Below are positions 14,238 through 27,720 of a stretch of DNA of 64,000 bases, one piece after another. The stretch is taken from contig NC_045697.1 of NCBI RefSeq assembly GCF_009834535.1, forward strand, positions 83,702,001 to 83,766,000, given 5' to 3'. Each line of letters starts with the position of its first letter. The first letter of the stretch is position 1. The stretch is from Camelus ferus (taxonomy: Eukaryota). The position numbers and the translations under genes are program-made. The notes under the pieces were generated by a model. It was given only the letters and a program-made list of their open reading frames with translations. It was not told the origin of the DNA and searched no databases.

Positions 14238-14376
14238 CCCAGCTGCAGCTGGTGACAAATGACCGATGCATCAGAATCATCCCAGTGGCTGCTGCAGACT
14301 AAGCCCCAAACTCCATTTGCATAGACTTCCACTGTGCCTTCAAACTCGTTTTTGCCACCGCGAAGTCGTACTGACC
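14238..14376 (-). CDS. PRSS12: Neurotrypsin exon 2 (first half of SRCR1); not called in the ORF track
   Basis: Manual translation: (G)[45 protein letters not shown](G). Acceptor ttttccacttcAG| at 14377, donor |GTGAGT at 14237; 139 nt, phase 1 to 2. Confidence 0.96.
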
Positions 14377-15859
14377 CTGAAGTGGAAAAGAATCCCAAAA
14401 TCCTTTAATAGGAAATAATCCTTTGAATACACTGAACCAGTCCTTGGGTAACATGATTTTTCCACTGAAGTGGCGAGAGGTCCAGTCAGATCCAGATTTG
14501 GCCTCCACCGATCACAGAAAGTGTGTCTTTCTTTCAATGAGGATTTAGCAGGCTCTTTTTTTTTTATTTGGTAATTAACATTCTGATATCAGTGCTAATG
14601 ATACTTTGTTTTATCTAGGCAAATAAAAAGTCCAATTATAATTTTCAAAGGGGAAAAGTGTAAGAGTATGACTAACGTCTAATGTTGCATCCCAAATACA
14701 AGATCACATCACAAAGGAAGTTCTTATCATTTATGCATCACTCTCCATCTTCACATGAGGTCATAGATAAAAAAACACAAACACAATTCAATGCTCTGCT
14801 TATAAATTAGCTGTTACTGGTTATTATACCTTCCTTCTAACTGACTGGTTCTTCAACTAATGAAGAATAAAATGCTTTCCCCCTTTTAGCCTCAAGCAAT
14901 AGTCATGACAATTCTAAAGATTATACCTATCATTTCAGAGAGGGGTTAAGTGTTTAAAGACACTGCCTGATATTAGTCTCAGGGAAACCGCCACTCAGTA
15001 GAGTGCTTTGGTGTAATCGAATGCCCCTGAAAGAACCTTTACTTCTCTTTACATATCATCACCACTTAGCTGCTCCACAGTCCACTATTTGAGTCATTCT
15101 TTTCAGTCTTAAAAGAGTCAAAATTAAAATTCAAGCACCCCTAGGAAAAATAATATTTTAAGTCTTATCCCTTAAGTGTGGATCGAAGTGGTTACTTAGG
15201 CTTATCGTGGTGATCATTTCATAATGCATGCAGATGTCAAATCACTATGCAGTATATCTGAAACTAACATAATGTTGTCCGTGAAATATATTTCCATTTT
15301 TTAAAAATGTGGATCAAAGGCTTACTGTCTCTTCTCATTGGCACTGGTTTGCAGGGCGGGTCCTGAGGGGCAGCAAGTGGGATACCAGCAGAGATAGAGT
15401 CAAACTCGGACTACTTAAGAATTTCACAAAATTTTGTGAAAAGTCACTTAGGATGGCCTTTATTTCATATGTAAAGAAATTGAGAAATTAAATTCTACCA
15501 GAAATTTCTGGCATGTTTAGCATATTTCAAACTCATTATGTATGGCTTTACAATAACTTTCAAAAAATATTAGATTCACAATTCATCACAAATTTCATTT
15601 GCACTAGCCTAGTCATCTACCACTATTATATTCCACATCATCATCCTTAAAAAATGTAAGTACTTAAGAAAAACATATCCTATTTCTTATGAAAATACAA
15701 AGTGTCATTTAATTCAAACAAAAAGCAATAATAAATGAAGGCAAACATTGCACTGCCAAATCCTAATTTTTCTAGAGAGCACATGGGCTTGGGTCATTCA
15801 TATGGCAGACAACCTAAATGTCATTCATATATTCTAAACTTCTTTTTTTTATATTTTTT

Positions 15860-15975
15860 AAGGGGAAGGTAATTAGGTTTATCTAGTTATTTCTTTTGGT
15901 GGAGGAACCAGGGATTGAACCTAGGACCTTGTTCATGCTAAGCATGTGCTATAACCACTTAGCTGTCCCTCCTCC
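15860..15975 (-). mobile_element. tRNA-derived SINE (Vic-1-like)
   Basis: GGGATTGAACCTAGGACCTTGTTCATGCTAAGCATGTGCT plus AGGTAATTAGG tail motif. Confidence 0.85.
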
Positions 15976-18434
15976 TTTAAACTTCTTTAATTCAGACCAA
16001 GCAAGAGAAAGCCCTGTTTAGCTCAGTGAAAAGTGTTAACTGTAGAATATATGTCTAAAGAGTTTACCTGAACTTTAAGGATTTTTTAATCACAAATGTC
16101 TTCTATAGAGACCCACATAATATTTGCACATTACAAGTGCCAGCAGTCTATTTCAATTCAAGGATTTCATTTGGTCAGTTCAAAAAAACGTTATTTGAAA
16201 TAAGATTTAATCTATTATCTGTTTATTAATCCTCTCTCCACCACCAAATTATTCATGTCAAAAGGCTGGAAGAAAGTTCTAGAAAACAAACTGGAACTCT
16301 ACTTATGCATGTTAAATAATCATAATAAAATGTAAAATACGCCTAACTCACTAAGAACTGGTCAAGAAGAAATGATGCATGTGTATTATTGAAATGAATA
16401 AGGCATCTCCAAATGAGATGGAGAAAACTCTGCATAAGGTATAATTGTTACCATAACATCATTATAGTGAAAATGATAGCGCTAGAAATAGTTTCCAGGT
16501 CAGCTATCAGTTCCACCATCATTTCTCAGATGCTCCAAACATGCTGTGAAAGCCTGGCTTCATTTAGCTGTATCTGCTATGTGGCAAGAAATGTGGAATG
16601 CTCATCCAATTTTCCTTTAACAAATGAATACAAATATTTGCAATTCGGGAAGAGCAATTTGCATGTCAATGACTAATGAATTCTCTGTCAGAATCCATTC
16701 CCAACCCCAGCCTCCCCAAAGCACACCCACCCTAGTAGTGCTCCTCCACATAGTTTATCCTTTCCTTAAGGCCATAAACATCTCTAAAATATTCTGAGTA
16801 ATCATCTACCTTGAACTCAGAGTATTTCTTATTGGTACATAATTCCACAAAGTTCACAATTCTTCTAGTGATTTTTGAAAGAGCTTTTTAAAAATTATCA
16901 GCCTGATAATATGCCCAAAACAATAAAACATGAACACACAATTCATACTACATATATTTAAGATAGGCAGTAGTTTTTGTTTGGTTTTGGTTTTACTTTG
17001 CTCTTGCTTCATTGATTCTCATAGAATGGTTGCGATGGTTGCAATCTTAAAAACTGTAATTCATTTCCTTCAATTCATGGATGAGGAAGCTAGGCACCCA
17101 ATCAACTGAGCAGCTGCAGAGCCATGACCAACTATCTCCTCATCTGCCACCCTTCCCACTGTCCTCTTGTCTCTAAACCTAGCAAAGACCCTGTGATGTA
17201 ATAAGCATCTTTTACTACTTCAGATACCACTTTATGCATTCTGCCATGTTGGTTTTAACCTTTCTTCTTGAAATATTGCAGCTAATCTACCAAACACTAC
17301 ATGATGACAAACTAGCCAGGCTGAAGCTAAGAAACTTGAAGAGTTTCTCTACACTGCACAGCAGGAGAGAAGTGGCTTTCTGGTGGTCTACATTTGAGGC
17401 TGACCCTCCAGGGTATTTGGCCCATGGGCTGTACAAATTTGTAGGAAGACTATACATTTGCACAAATTTGTAGGTGTATAATTACAAGAGGCAATACCCT
17501 TAGCTCAATGTGGGGGGAGGGGGGATGAAACAATAAAGCAATCCACAAAGGTCATAAGGTCATAGCCTGGTAAACTCATTTCTACTGCTATCTCACTAAC
17601 AATAAAGTTCTTCAGATACATTCTACACCAAATTCTTTGGCAAATATTGTTCCATTGTCACAATCTCTTATTGTGAAAAACTGATCCATCCTCCTTCGCT
17701 CACGCATTCCTGCTCCAGCCCAGCACTTTGCAATGTTCTTCACAGTCTCAGCTAACATCTGCCAGCTACACCCCAGTAAATCCAGGCTGCACTGTCTTCA
17801 AGCCTCTCATGTGCCAATTTGATGGAAAATATTCTATTCTACAGATTCCTATATTTGAAATGTGCTAATAACAATAATTTAAAATTTGAAGTCTCAAACA
17901 GAGGTTTTAGGTCAACTACAATAGGCATTACAAATTTACAGACTAACCCAGTAATAGAAGAAAGTCTGGAATGATAAAGCTATGCATGGTGGCATGTCAT
18001 GGAGAGAAGCCCCTAGAGTTCATGGAACAAATTGTTGCAAAAAAAATTTTTTTTAAAACAGTCAGCTGTACTAGTCTGCTGGTATTACAACTACCTAAAG
18101 GCAAAGTGTGCCAATGCACAACACTCAGAATTCTACAACCTTAATTCCCTGCCGAAAACATTGAACTTACTCTCGTTTTAGTTTACTATTATTTCTCTTC
18201 TATGTAAACATACCTCCAGTTTTATAAAGGAAAAGAAACAAAAGATTTTTGTTACAGAAATTCACTTTATGGACAACTCTGCTAAAAAAGAGGAATTCCC
18301 AAAACAAAGAGACATTCCAGAGGGCTACTCTTTAACCACGTTGTCAGTCTCAATCAATCCAAAGTAGTCTAGAGGACAGCTGACTAGATTAAAATTCTCT
18401 TCACAAGTCTCCTTGGTGTTTAGGTTTTTAAGGC

Positions 18435-18858
18435 TGTTGGGACGTGTTAAATACTACTCCCCCGAAGGATGTGGAGGTACTGACTTCCAGTGCCTAAGAA
18501 CACATCTGACTTTATTTCAAAACAGGGTCTTTGCAGATGATCAAGTCAAGATGAGGTCATTAGGGCAGGCTGTAATCCAATATGACTATGTTCTTATAAA
18601 AAGGACAGATTTGGACAGAGACACACATATGAAGAACACCATCTGAAGACTGCAGTTACACTCCCACAAGCCAAGGAACTATCAGAAGCTAGCAGAGGGC
18701 CCTGGAGCAGACGCTTCCCGAGTGCCTGCAGAGTATGCATGGCTCTGCTGACATTTTAATCTTGGACTTCTAGTCTCCAGAACTGTGAAATAGTAAGTTT
18801 CTGTTGCTTAAGCCATCAGTTTGTGGTACTCATTACAGTTTACCTAGTAAACTAATAG
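18435..18858 (+). mobile_element. MLT1 (MaLR) LTR
   Basis: GTCTTTGCAGATG...AAGATGAGGTCAT...GGACTTCTAGTCTCCAGAACTGTGA...TTTCTGTTGCTTAAGCCA..GTTTGTGGTA...AAACTAATA. Confidence 0.85.
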
Positions 18859-21067
18859 AGATATTATGGTATTACCCCTCCTTGGACAGCTGGCAAAACC
18901 TCCCTTTTTATACAGCGTACTTCAAGGAGGCCTAAAAGAAGTATTAGGAAAGGAAACATAGGTCAGCTATCTTTGTTCTCTAAATACAGCTCATTCCAAA
19001 ATAAGCCAAATGAAAAGATACGCCTATGTAGTTAACTTCTTAAAATACACTTACAGAATAGCATTCTCTCATTTGAAGAGGAAAGAAAAACAGCAAAAAC
19101 AAAGGCCCATACTAGCAGTGTTTTCTGAATAGAATTAATAATAAATATTTTTAAAATCTTTTAAAATTGCAATTTGATAAATGAGCAAAAGAAAATTGAT
19201 GTTATCACACAAACCTTTTCTCATCGATTATGGAACTTCACAAAGGCACAAAATAATTAATTTTAGTCATTTCTATCATGCTGGTGGAGTCAGAAACTGC
19301 CTGTGCTGGTGATAGTAAGCTATTGTTCCGATCCTTGACAAAAAGTATGCTTAAAGCTGAAAGTGATGCAGAAATTTCAGTTTATGAGCTATTTAGAAGA
19401 ATAGAAAGAGGCCATTACATGTTGGACAATTTAGTACACATATTTGACAAAGGACTTAAATGTAATCTTATATCTTATACCAAAGGCAACACTGGGAAAA
19501 TAAATGATCATTTCCTATTTTAATTACAAAATATGGCAAAAAAAATTCGCAATTCCTAAAAACAACTGAATTGGGAAGCTGTTAGTTGAATTTTTCAAGT
19601 ACAGTAGGGGAGGCTATGTTCATTTTGATGTTATTTTTTTCCTATACCGTATGTGACAGTACTAAGGTATTCTATTTTTGTCTATGATTATATTTACCCA
19701 TAACTGAAACCAGTTTAACATTGTGAAATTATAGATTTTATTCAAACCATCCCATGTCAAAATGAAATCAAAGCATCTTTTAACATATGGAGCTTTCTCC
19801 TGAACTGATATCCAACTGAACTATATTTGCCCCCATTAGTTCACATCTATAATTCATATAACTGTTCATTTATTATTCATGTAGATACCTTTAGTACTGA
19901 GAAAAAAATTATGAATTGGTCTAGCTCAAAATGAGAAAGTATCCTCTGAATAAGTGATTCTACACATTTACATTGGGCTTATTAGAAATTTATAAATCTC
20001 ATCGATTATCCTGGGATTAGAACATTATACAATATTATGCAAAAGAAGAAGGCTCTATGCATAGTTAAGTTATGGTATACTAACAATACTTGCATATAAA
20101 TAACTCTAGCAGAAAATTTCACAAACTGTTTGTCTCTGAACTATTCACACATAAACAAATGGCATGGATATTACATTGTAATTTCATTGTACAGCACTGA
20201 ATGACAAAATTAAACTGTACTTAATGATAACCTCCTTCTCTGTCTCCCAGAGTACATATCACAGGAAAGGTAATAAAAATGCTTAATATTCTTCTGATAT
20301 CTCAGCTAGAGAGTGGGTGTCCTCAATCAGATGACAACACAGGTGATGTCTTTTTTTATTTTTGTAAATTCTGCTCCCAGTATGAACTAAGTAAATGTTT
20401 AATGATATCTACCCTTGCCCTGCTACAAGAATCAGCATTTCCCTCTCTTTGTGTCCCTCTGATGATCCTAATAAAAAGTATGAGACTGAATGTACATGTG
20501 TGGCTTGTAGGGGGGAAAACCTCATTACCTCAGTGCTTTGCAAACAATAAATTTTTTATTAATACTGTTACTGCTGATTTGTAGGAAGAAGGAGAAGGAG
20601 TGAGAGAAGGAGACTGCTCTGGAAAAATAAGATGCAAAAGAGGCAAAAGTCAACATTTTCTGATTTTTTAACAACAGCATGTCAACCATTTAGAAGGCAG
20701 CCTACAATTGTTCGTATAGTGCACAACTGAGTGCCTGTCAACTATGCAGACTGAAGGGGGAGGCTTCAGAGAACTGCTTTCTTTATGGGTTAATTCAGGG
20801 GGTAAAAAGTTAAAAATTAGAATTAAACTATGTTTACCCAACAAGTGAACTAACTTTCATATTCTTAACAATGGAATTACTCGTTTCAGACATAAATTGC
20901 TAGAACAGCAAATAGCATCTTAAAACAAGTAAATATGTTTCACTGATCAAATCAATGTCTAAATGTTACTCATTTACATATGGCTAAAACAATGAATGAA
21001 GCATTTCACAGCATAATTTTTAAGTACTTATAGCTATTTTTAACTGCATTATGTTTTCCCAATGCAT

Positions 21068-21541
21068 ATTTTTTTTCTTTTTTTATTGAAGTATGGTTAA
21101 TTTACAATATAGTGCTAGTTTCAGGTGAACAGCAAAGTGATTCAGTTATACATATATATATTCTTTTTCAAATTATCTTCCATTTAGGTTATTACAAGGT
21201 ATTGAATACAGCCCCTGGTGCTATACAGTAGGTCCTTGTTGTTTATCTATTTTATATATAGCAGTTTGTATCTGCTAATCCCAAACTTCCTAATTTATAC
21301 CTCTCTTACTTACCCCCTTTCCTGTTTTGTAACCAGTAAGTTTGTTTTCTATGTCTGTGAGTCTATTTGTGTCCTGTAAATAAGTTCATTTTATCATTTT
21401 TTTAGATTCCACATATAAGTGATAGCATATACTTATCTTTCTCTATCTGACTTACTTCACTTAATATGATAATCTCTAGGTCCATCCATGTTGCTGCAAA
21501 TGGCATTATTTCATTCTTTTTTATGGCTGAGTAGTATTTCA

Positions 21542-21585
<44 letters not shown>

Positions 21586-22000
21586 ACACACACTCCACAT
21601 CTTCTTTATCCAGTCATCTAGTCAATGGACATTTAGGTTGCCTCCATGTCTTGGCTATTGCAAATAGTGCTGCTATGAACATTGAGGTGCATCTATCTTT
21701 TCCACTTGGAGGTTCTCCAGATATATGTCCAGGAGTGGGATTGCAGGATACTATGGTAACTTTATTTTTAATTTTTTAAGGAATCTCCATACTGTCCACT
21801 ATAGTGGCTGCACCAATTTACATTCTCACCAACAGTGTAGGAAGTTTCCCTCTTCTTCACACTCTCTCTACCATTTATTTGTAGACTTTTTAATGATGGC
21901 CATTCTGACTGGTGTGAAGTGATACCTCATTGTAGTTCTGATCTGCATTTCTCTAATAATTAGCAATATTGAGCATCTTTTCATGTGCCTGTTGGCCATC
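21068..22000 (-). mobile_element. LINE-1 3' end fragment with internal (CA)n
   Basis: [33 protein letters not shown]2 C-terminal remnant; 3' UTR and T-tract at 21068-21085. Confidence 0.92.
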
Positions 22001-22009
22001 TCCCCAGTA

Positions 22010-22431
22010 TAGGTTTTACCCTGCTATCCGAAAGAGAGTGTTCCTATGAAACCTTTTGTAAGCCAAACTGGCATAAAGCAAAGAAGCAATTAACCTTAGG
22101 ACACATCTGCTAACAGATGCACAAAATAAATCAAGATAAAGCCAGATGTTCACAGACACAATTCAAAGCTATGGGGACTGATGCTGAGATGCTGCGTGTA
22201 GTTCCTGGAGAAGAAGCTTGGCGGTGCTACTCTCACTGCTCAGGGTACACACTGCTTCTGTAATGGCTCACTGCAAAACAAACACTGAATGCTCTTTTCA
22301 GTTTTCACCTTTTTTCGTAAAAGCAAAAATTCCCTTTGGATCTCTCTTGGTTAACAAAAACAGGTTCTAATGAGGTCTTATGTAAAAGTGAGGTGACATA
22401 AAGCAAACTTTCAAAAAGTGGAGGATACCTG
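22010..22431. mobile_element. TcMar-Tigger-like non-autonomous DNA element
   Basis: Degenerate TIRs TAGGTTTTACCCTGCTATCCGAAAG / revcomp CAGGTATCCTCCACTTTTTGAAAG, with TA flanks. Confidence 0.55.
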
Positions 22432-23064
22432 TATAAGGACAAATCTCAACCACACTTCTTAGCAGACTCTGTTGGTTCTCCTCAATAACCACCTGCTTCT
22501 CCCTGCAAGGAGAATCCCCATGTGTTCAGAAGTCAACATTAATCTAGGCAAGTGTAGTAATTGTATTTTCCCTTCCAGAGAGTGCCAAGCAGGAACATGT
22601 GATCCAGGTTTGGCTGATGAAATGCGAGAGGACATCTGTAGGGGAATTCTGGGAAGGTCTCCTTGCTATTTCAATGGGACATACATGAAGAGAGAGCCCT
22701 ATCTCTCTTCTTCAAGTTGTTCTAGCTCCATATGAAACCCAGAGTAACCATTAGCCTAAGGATAAAAGCCACACTTTGAGAATAAAGGAATCAAGAAAGT
22801 TGCAGAGAAATAGAGCTGTGCCATGCTGAAGACTGATTTCTTGTAATATGAACAATAAATCACCTTATTTCTTCAGTTATTTTGAATTGAGTTTTCTATT
22901 CTTTGCCATCAAAACCACCCTAACAAAACAAGCCACACTCATACCACAATCATAATTATCATTTGCTTTCTCTTCCAAATTTTTCACAGCTATCTTTATT
23001 TTCACAGTTAGTTGTAATGTATATAAATTTTGCATCCATCTTTTCTCCTTTAATATTGTCATAG

Positions 23065-23583
23065 ACAGATGACTGAATAAAGAAGATGTGGTGTGTATAC
23101 ATATATACACAAAGGAATATTACTCAGCCATAAAAAAGAAATGTTATTTGCAGCAACATGGATGGACCTAGAGATTATCATATTAAGTGAAGCAAATGAG
23201 ACAGAGAAAAACAAATATCATATGATGTCACTTATATGTGGAATCTAAAAAAAAAAAAGATATAAATTTTATTTACAGACCAGAAACAGACTCTCATGGA
23301 CACAGAAAACAAACTGTGGTTACCAGGGGGGAAAAGGGAGGTAGGGCTAAGATTAGGAGTTTGGGATTAATAGATACACATTACTATACACAACACAGAT
23401 AAACAACAAGGACCTATTGTATAGCACAAGGAACAATATTCAATGTCCTGTAATGAGCTGTAACGGAAAAGAATCTGAAAAATAAATACATAAACGTATA
23501 TGTATAACAATCACTTTGCTGTACACCTGAAACTAACGTTGTCAACCAACTACACTTCAATAAAAAATAAGAATTTTACAACA
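23065..23583 (+). mobile_element. LINE-1 3' end fragment
   Basis: GCAGCAACATGGATGGACCTAGAGATTATCATATTAAGTGAA...TGTACACCTGAAACTAAC...AATAAAAAA. Approximate TSD AATATTGTCATAG / AACATTGTCAGAG. Confidence 0.9.
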
Positions 23584-26500
23584 AACATTGTCAGAGGCAT
23601 TTTTCCATTTTTTTAATATATAATCTTTGCAATTATCACTTTAAGAGCTGCATAGTATTCATCAAATGAAGGGACCTCTGAGTAGTACCTTATCGCTGGG
23701 TATTTAGGTTTGCCTTCACAGTTATAAACCAAATTATGTTTACGAAGATTACTTTCATACACACACACACTCAAAGACTATATATATATGTATATATGGA
23801 CTCTGTGTGTGTGTGTGTGTGTGTATGTATATATATTTCAAGTTAATCACTTGTAAAAGGCAATAGTAACTGGATATCTAATTTTCTTCTTTAAAAAAAC
23901 CTTCACACTAGTAAAGAGTCAGAAAATGCCCCAAGTCAAAGCTATTTTATAATTGCCTTAGCCTGAAAAGCAGATTGAGCTCAATATTTAAAATCCAGCC
24001 AGGAAATTTATCAAATCTGTTATCACTAATAAATGTTTTTCGACACCTGCTACATCGAATCAAGATGCAGCATTCAAAAAAATTTTAAAGGGACAGCTTT
24101 CAGCCAACTTTTTAATTAACATTCACGTCAAACACCAGATGGACTTCAAAGAGTATAGCCTGTAAACAGTAGCATCCATCCCACAAATCCGCTATCTCTA
24201 TTTGAATCAGGAGATTTAGGAGGACAGACAGGCATGACACGACAAAAAATCAGATCTATGAATTAGTCTTTCTGGTAGAATCTCAAGCATTAAAGCGTTC
24301 TCGTGCAGATACCTGCTTTAGCTATAAGTCCTCAGTCCCCTATGGCTGAGTTCCACTTGGCTACTTGCAACAAAGAGGAGTTCCTAGCACAGTCAAGCAA
24401 GTTGCCCAGCCACGCCAACCAGAGACTGAAAAAGTGATTTCCCTTTCCAGTCAGGAAGCTCTAAATTATTACAAGGTATTGTTGGGAGGAATCAGTTGTC
24501 TGTTAATTCCTCCTGTAGAAATGTGATAAAACCTGGCTCACATTGAGTTGATAATCATATTCCTGGTGAACTCAGTTGTTATTATCCCACACTGGTCAAA
24601 TAAAAACCAGTGGGGCCATTTTCTAAAACCACACAAAATTGACCATATAGCTGACTTATGCTTGACCCTAAACCTAGCAGGATTCGATCACAGAATGGTG
24701 GACTCGGCCAACAGGATCACCCACCACTACCCAGCTTAGGTGGGTTCTGATGCCAAGGTTTTCCCTGACTTGTGACAAAGGGTCTTCAGCACTAATCATC
24801 TTGACGGCTCATTAGAAATGCACATTCCTGAGCCAGATTCCTAAGCTTATATAATCAGGAGTCTCGGGAGGCTGGAGCCCAGGAATCTGCATTTTAATAA
24901 GCCCCCACGTGGTTCTAATGCTCACTGTGAGAACTAGTTCCCTGGGCTGATTCAGGCTGTTGCAATCCCTGGAATGATTCTTTACTACTAATTTGCAAGT
25001 TTTACACAGTCAGAGCCCAGGCATCCTCTTTCTCGTTCTCAGACATTTGAGCCACTGGAGTGTCCACGCCCCACCTGGCTTAGCTGAGATCCCCTACCAC
25101 CCCTTCCACTAGCCTTCAACCAACTCTCCACCTCAAGAGCACCAACTTCCTCATTTCTCTCAGTGTAACCAGATACATGACTCTAGTCTCCAGTTTATTA
25201 AAGGAGGGATTTCATTACAATAAATTTTCTTTCCTTTTGTTCTAATTGTTTCTCATAAAGAAAAAAGAAAAAGAAAAGAAAGAAAAAAAACTAGATATTT
25301 TCAAATCATAAGAGACTAGAAATCATGTGCACTGGACCAAATATAATTTCCTTTCTCCTTCCTTTTAGACTAGCCCTTAAGCTGCAAAAATAGGACCATT
25401 AGACAGCACAGATATTTCTACATGCTTATATAATTAAAGAACAAAATAAGCTGTGGAGTAAAAATATCCACTATCTTATAATGTTGCTATGAGAATTAAA
25501 TGAGAAGACTAATATGTAAAATGTTTAGCTAAGCATCCAACACAGAGTGAATGCTCAATAAATCCTACCTGCTATTATCAGGCCAGGTTGTTTTGGTAAC
25601 TGGGAAAGTTTTTTCAATAAATCTATTCCAAAACTGCCTTTCTCCAGATAAAGAAACCAAAGCTCTGGGGGTTAAGAGTCTTACTCAACACAGAGTAGCT
25701 ACTGGCAGATCCAAAGCGGATACCAGTGTTTTCTAAAGCACAATTCCATATTCTTCTCACCACTCCATGACAGCTTTGTTCACACTCCTAAGGGAAATGT
25801 ACAACCAAGAAAGCTATACGGTTCAGAATAGCCAGTCATTTTGAAAGCATGAATTATGCCCAATCAGAACATGAGGAATAAATGACAGAATGGGTTATCA
25901 AGACTGAGTCTATGAAAGTAATTAAATTATTACATAGCCAGCAGATTGCTTTCCTGGTTGTTGTTGCTGTTGTTGTGTTTTTATATTTGTTGGCAGGGGG
26001 AGGCATTTATCTCCCATCTTGGGTGGTTTCTTTTGCTTCTTTTGTGTTCAGTCACTTTACTCCAGGAAGTACACACACTTAAGCAGTGTTCGGAGTTTTG
26101 TCTAGTGACAATTAGCTATGAACATAAAGACATCCACAAACAGTCCATGCTGTTGTTAGGTTTAAATTTCTTTTCAATACAAGAGGCTGGGGAGAATCAA
26201 AGGACAAGCTACTCTCCTCTGGAATATAAAGTTAAAACACTTACATATCAGAAAGAACACAATAGATCACTCTAGTGCTTTAACTTTGAATTCCATTTAC
26301 TTCTATTATAATAGGAAATATGAAATACAATAGTAAAATGAAAAAACTGTCAATGTTTGCCAAACATGAGATTCTATTACAAATTATCTCTTACAGTAAA
26401 TAGTGAAACAATGCTAGGGCTCTCTGCTTGCTATTATCTCAAATTTTTTATAGCCACATTGGCATTCTGTCTGTGAAACACAAGTAGAGCGATGACTTCA

Positions 26501-27720
26501 TTCTCTAGGATGAAGGATAATTGATCTTAACCTTCCCATCACTTTCCTTTAACTCAAAGCACTAATGCAATTGAAGGCACAGATAAATAAAAATTTCTGA
26601 AGGGAAAGAATGGCCCTGTGAAAGTTAACCTCCAAATTACCTCCAAAAGGTACAAAGCAGGACATATCTCAGAGTCAAGATTAACGAAACCTCTGCCCCA
26701 CAGCTTGGGTGGAGAGCTGCCAAAAAAAAAATTTATTAAGGGAAATCCAACTTTGAAGGTCATAAGGTTTTTCTTCCATAGCTATAAAAGGAGAGGGGGA
26801 GAAAGCCCGAATTTTAAACAAAACCCCAACAACTCAAAACGAAGCATGATTCAAAGGCAAATTATTCACCTACATTTAAATATATTAATGTGACACTTTT
26901 ATTATCACAAAACCAAAATATCTTACCAACTTTATTCTTTACCAACTAACCCAGATTGTCCACAAATAAGGTATACAGCTGAATAGGGGCATTCCTGAAC
27001 TGCACTTGACTATAACAAGTTGCTCCTGCCCTATGATAGTTACTATTCCTATCTCTTTCCCTTTCTTTTTTCTTCACTCACTATTGATATTTACCGTACT
27101 GTGCCCAAGAACCGTGAACTAGCATTTTGACCAGCTGTATTTTCACCCGGATATTTTGCCAGACTTTTTCAAATACATGTCAATGGTGGGAGTTAAGACA
27201 GAAATTTTACCACATTTTCCCAAATCGGGTCTACGGGGGTCGGGGGTGGGGGGAGGGTGGTTATTGGTTGTCATATTGGATTTAATATTTCCCTTTCCAA
27301 AACAAGTAATTAGAAAGTATTCCCCTCCTTTGCTTTACTTCTTCTCCGTAAATATGGATAAATATGGTAAAATTCTCAAGGCAAGCTGATCCAGAGAACA
27401 CACTCGCAACGCACGCGCGCACACAAACACACATACACACAGTGGCCAGAAACACGACCTTATCCAGGAAGCCAGAGCGCAGCAACTTGCCGAGAAACTA
27501 TCACCCCGGACAACTTTCAGCACACAAAGCGGCTTTGCTAATTTAGAGTCAAGGTAGGAATGTACTTGGCTGGTAACTCAGAGCCCAACACCACACTGAG
27601 CAACGCAAACCCGCAACCCCACACCCTCTCACTCCCCCTCTTCAACACCTAGCGCCCTCTCCTAACCAAGCTTGTTCCCCGCCAGTTCCGAGTCGCCGCC
27701 GCTGCCCCGAGGCCACTCAC

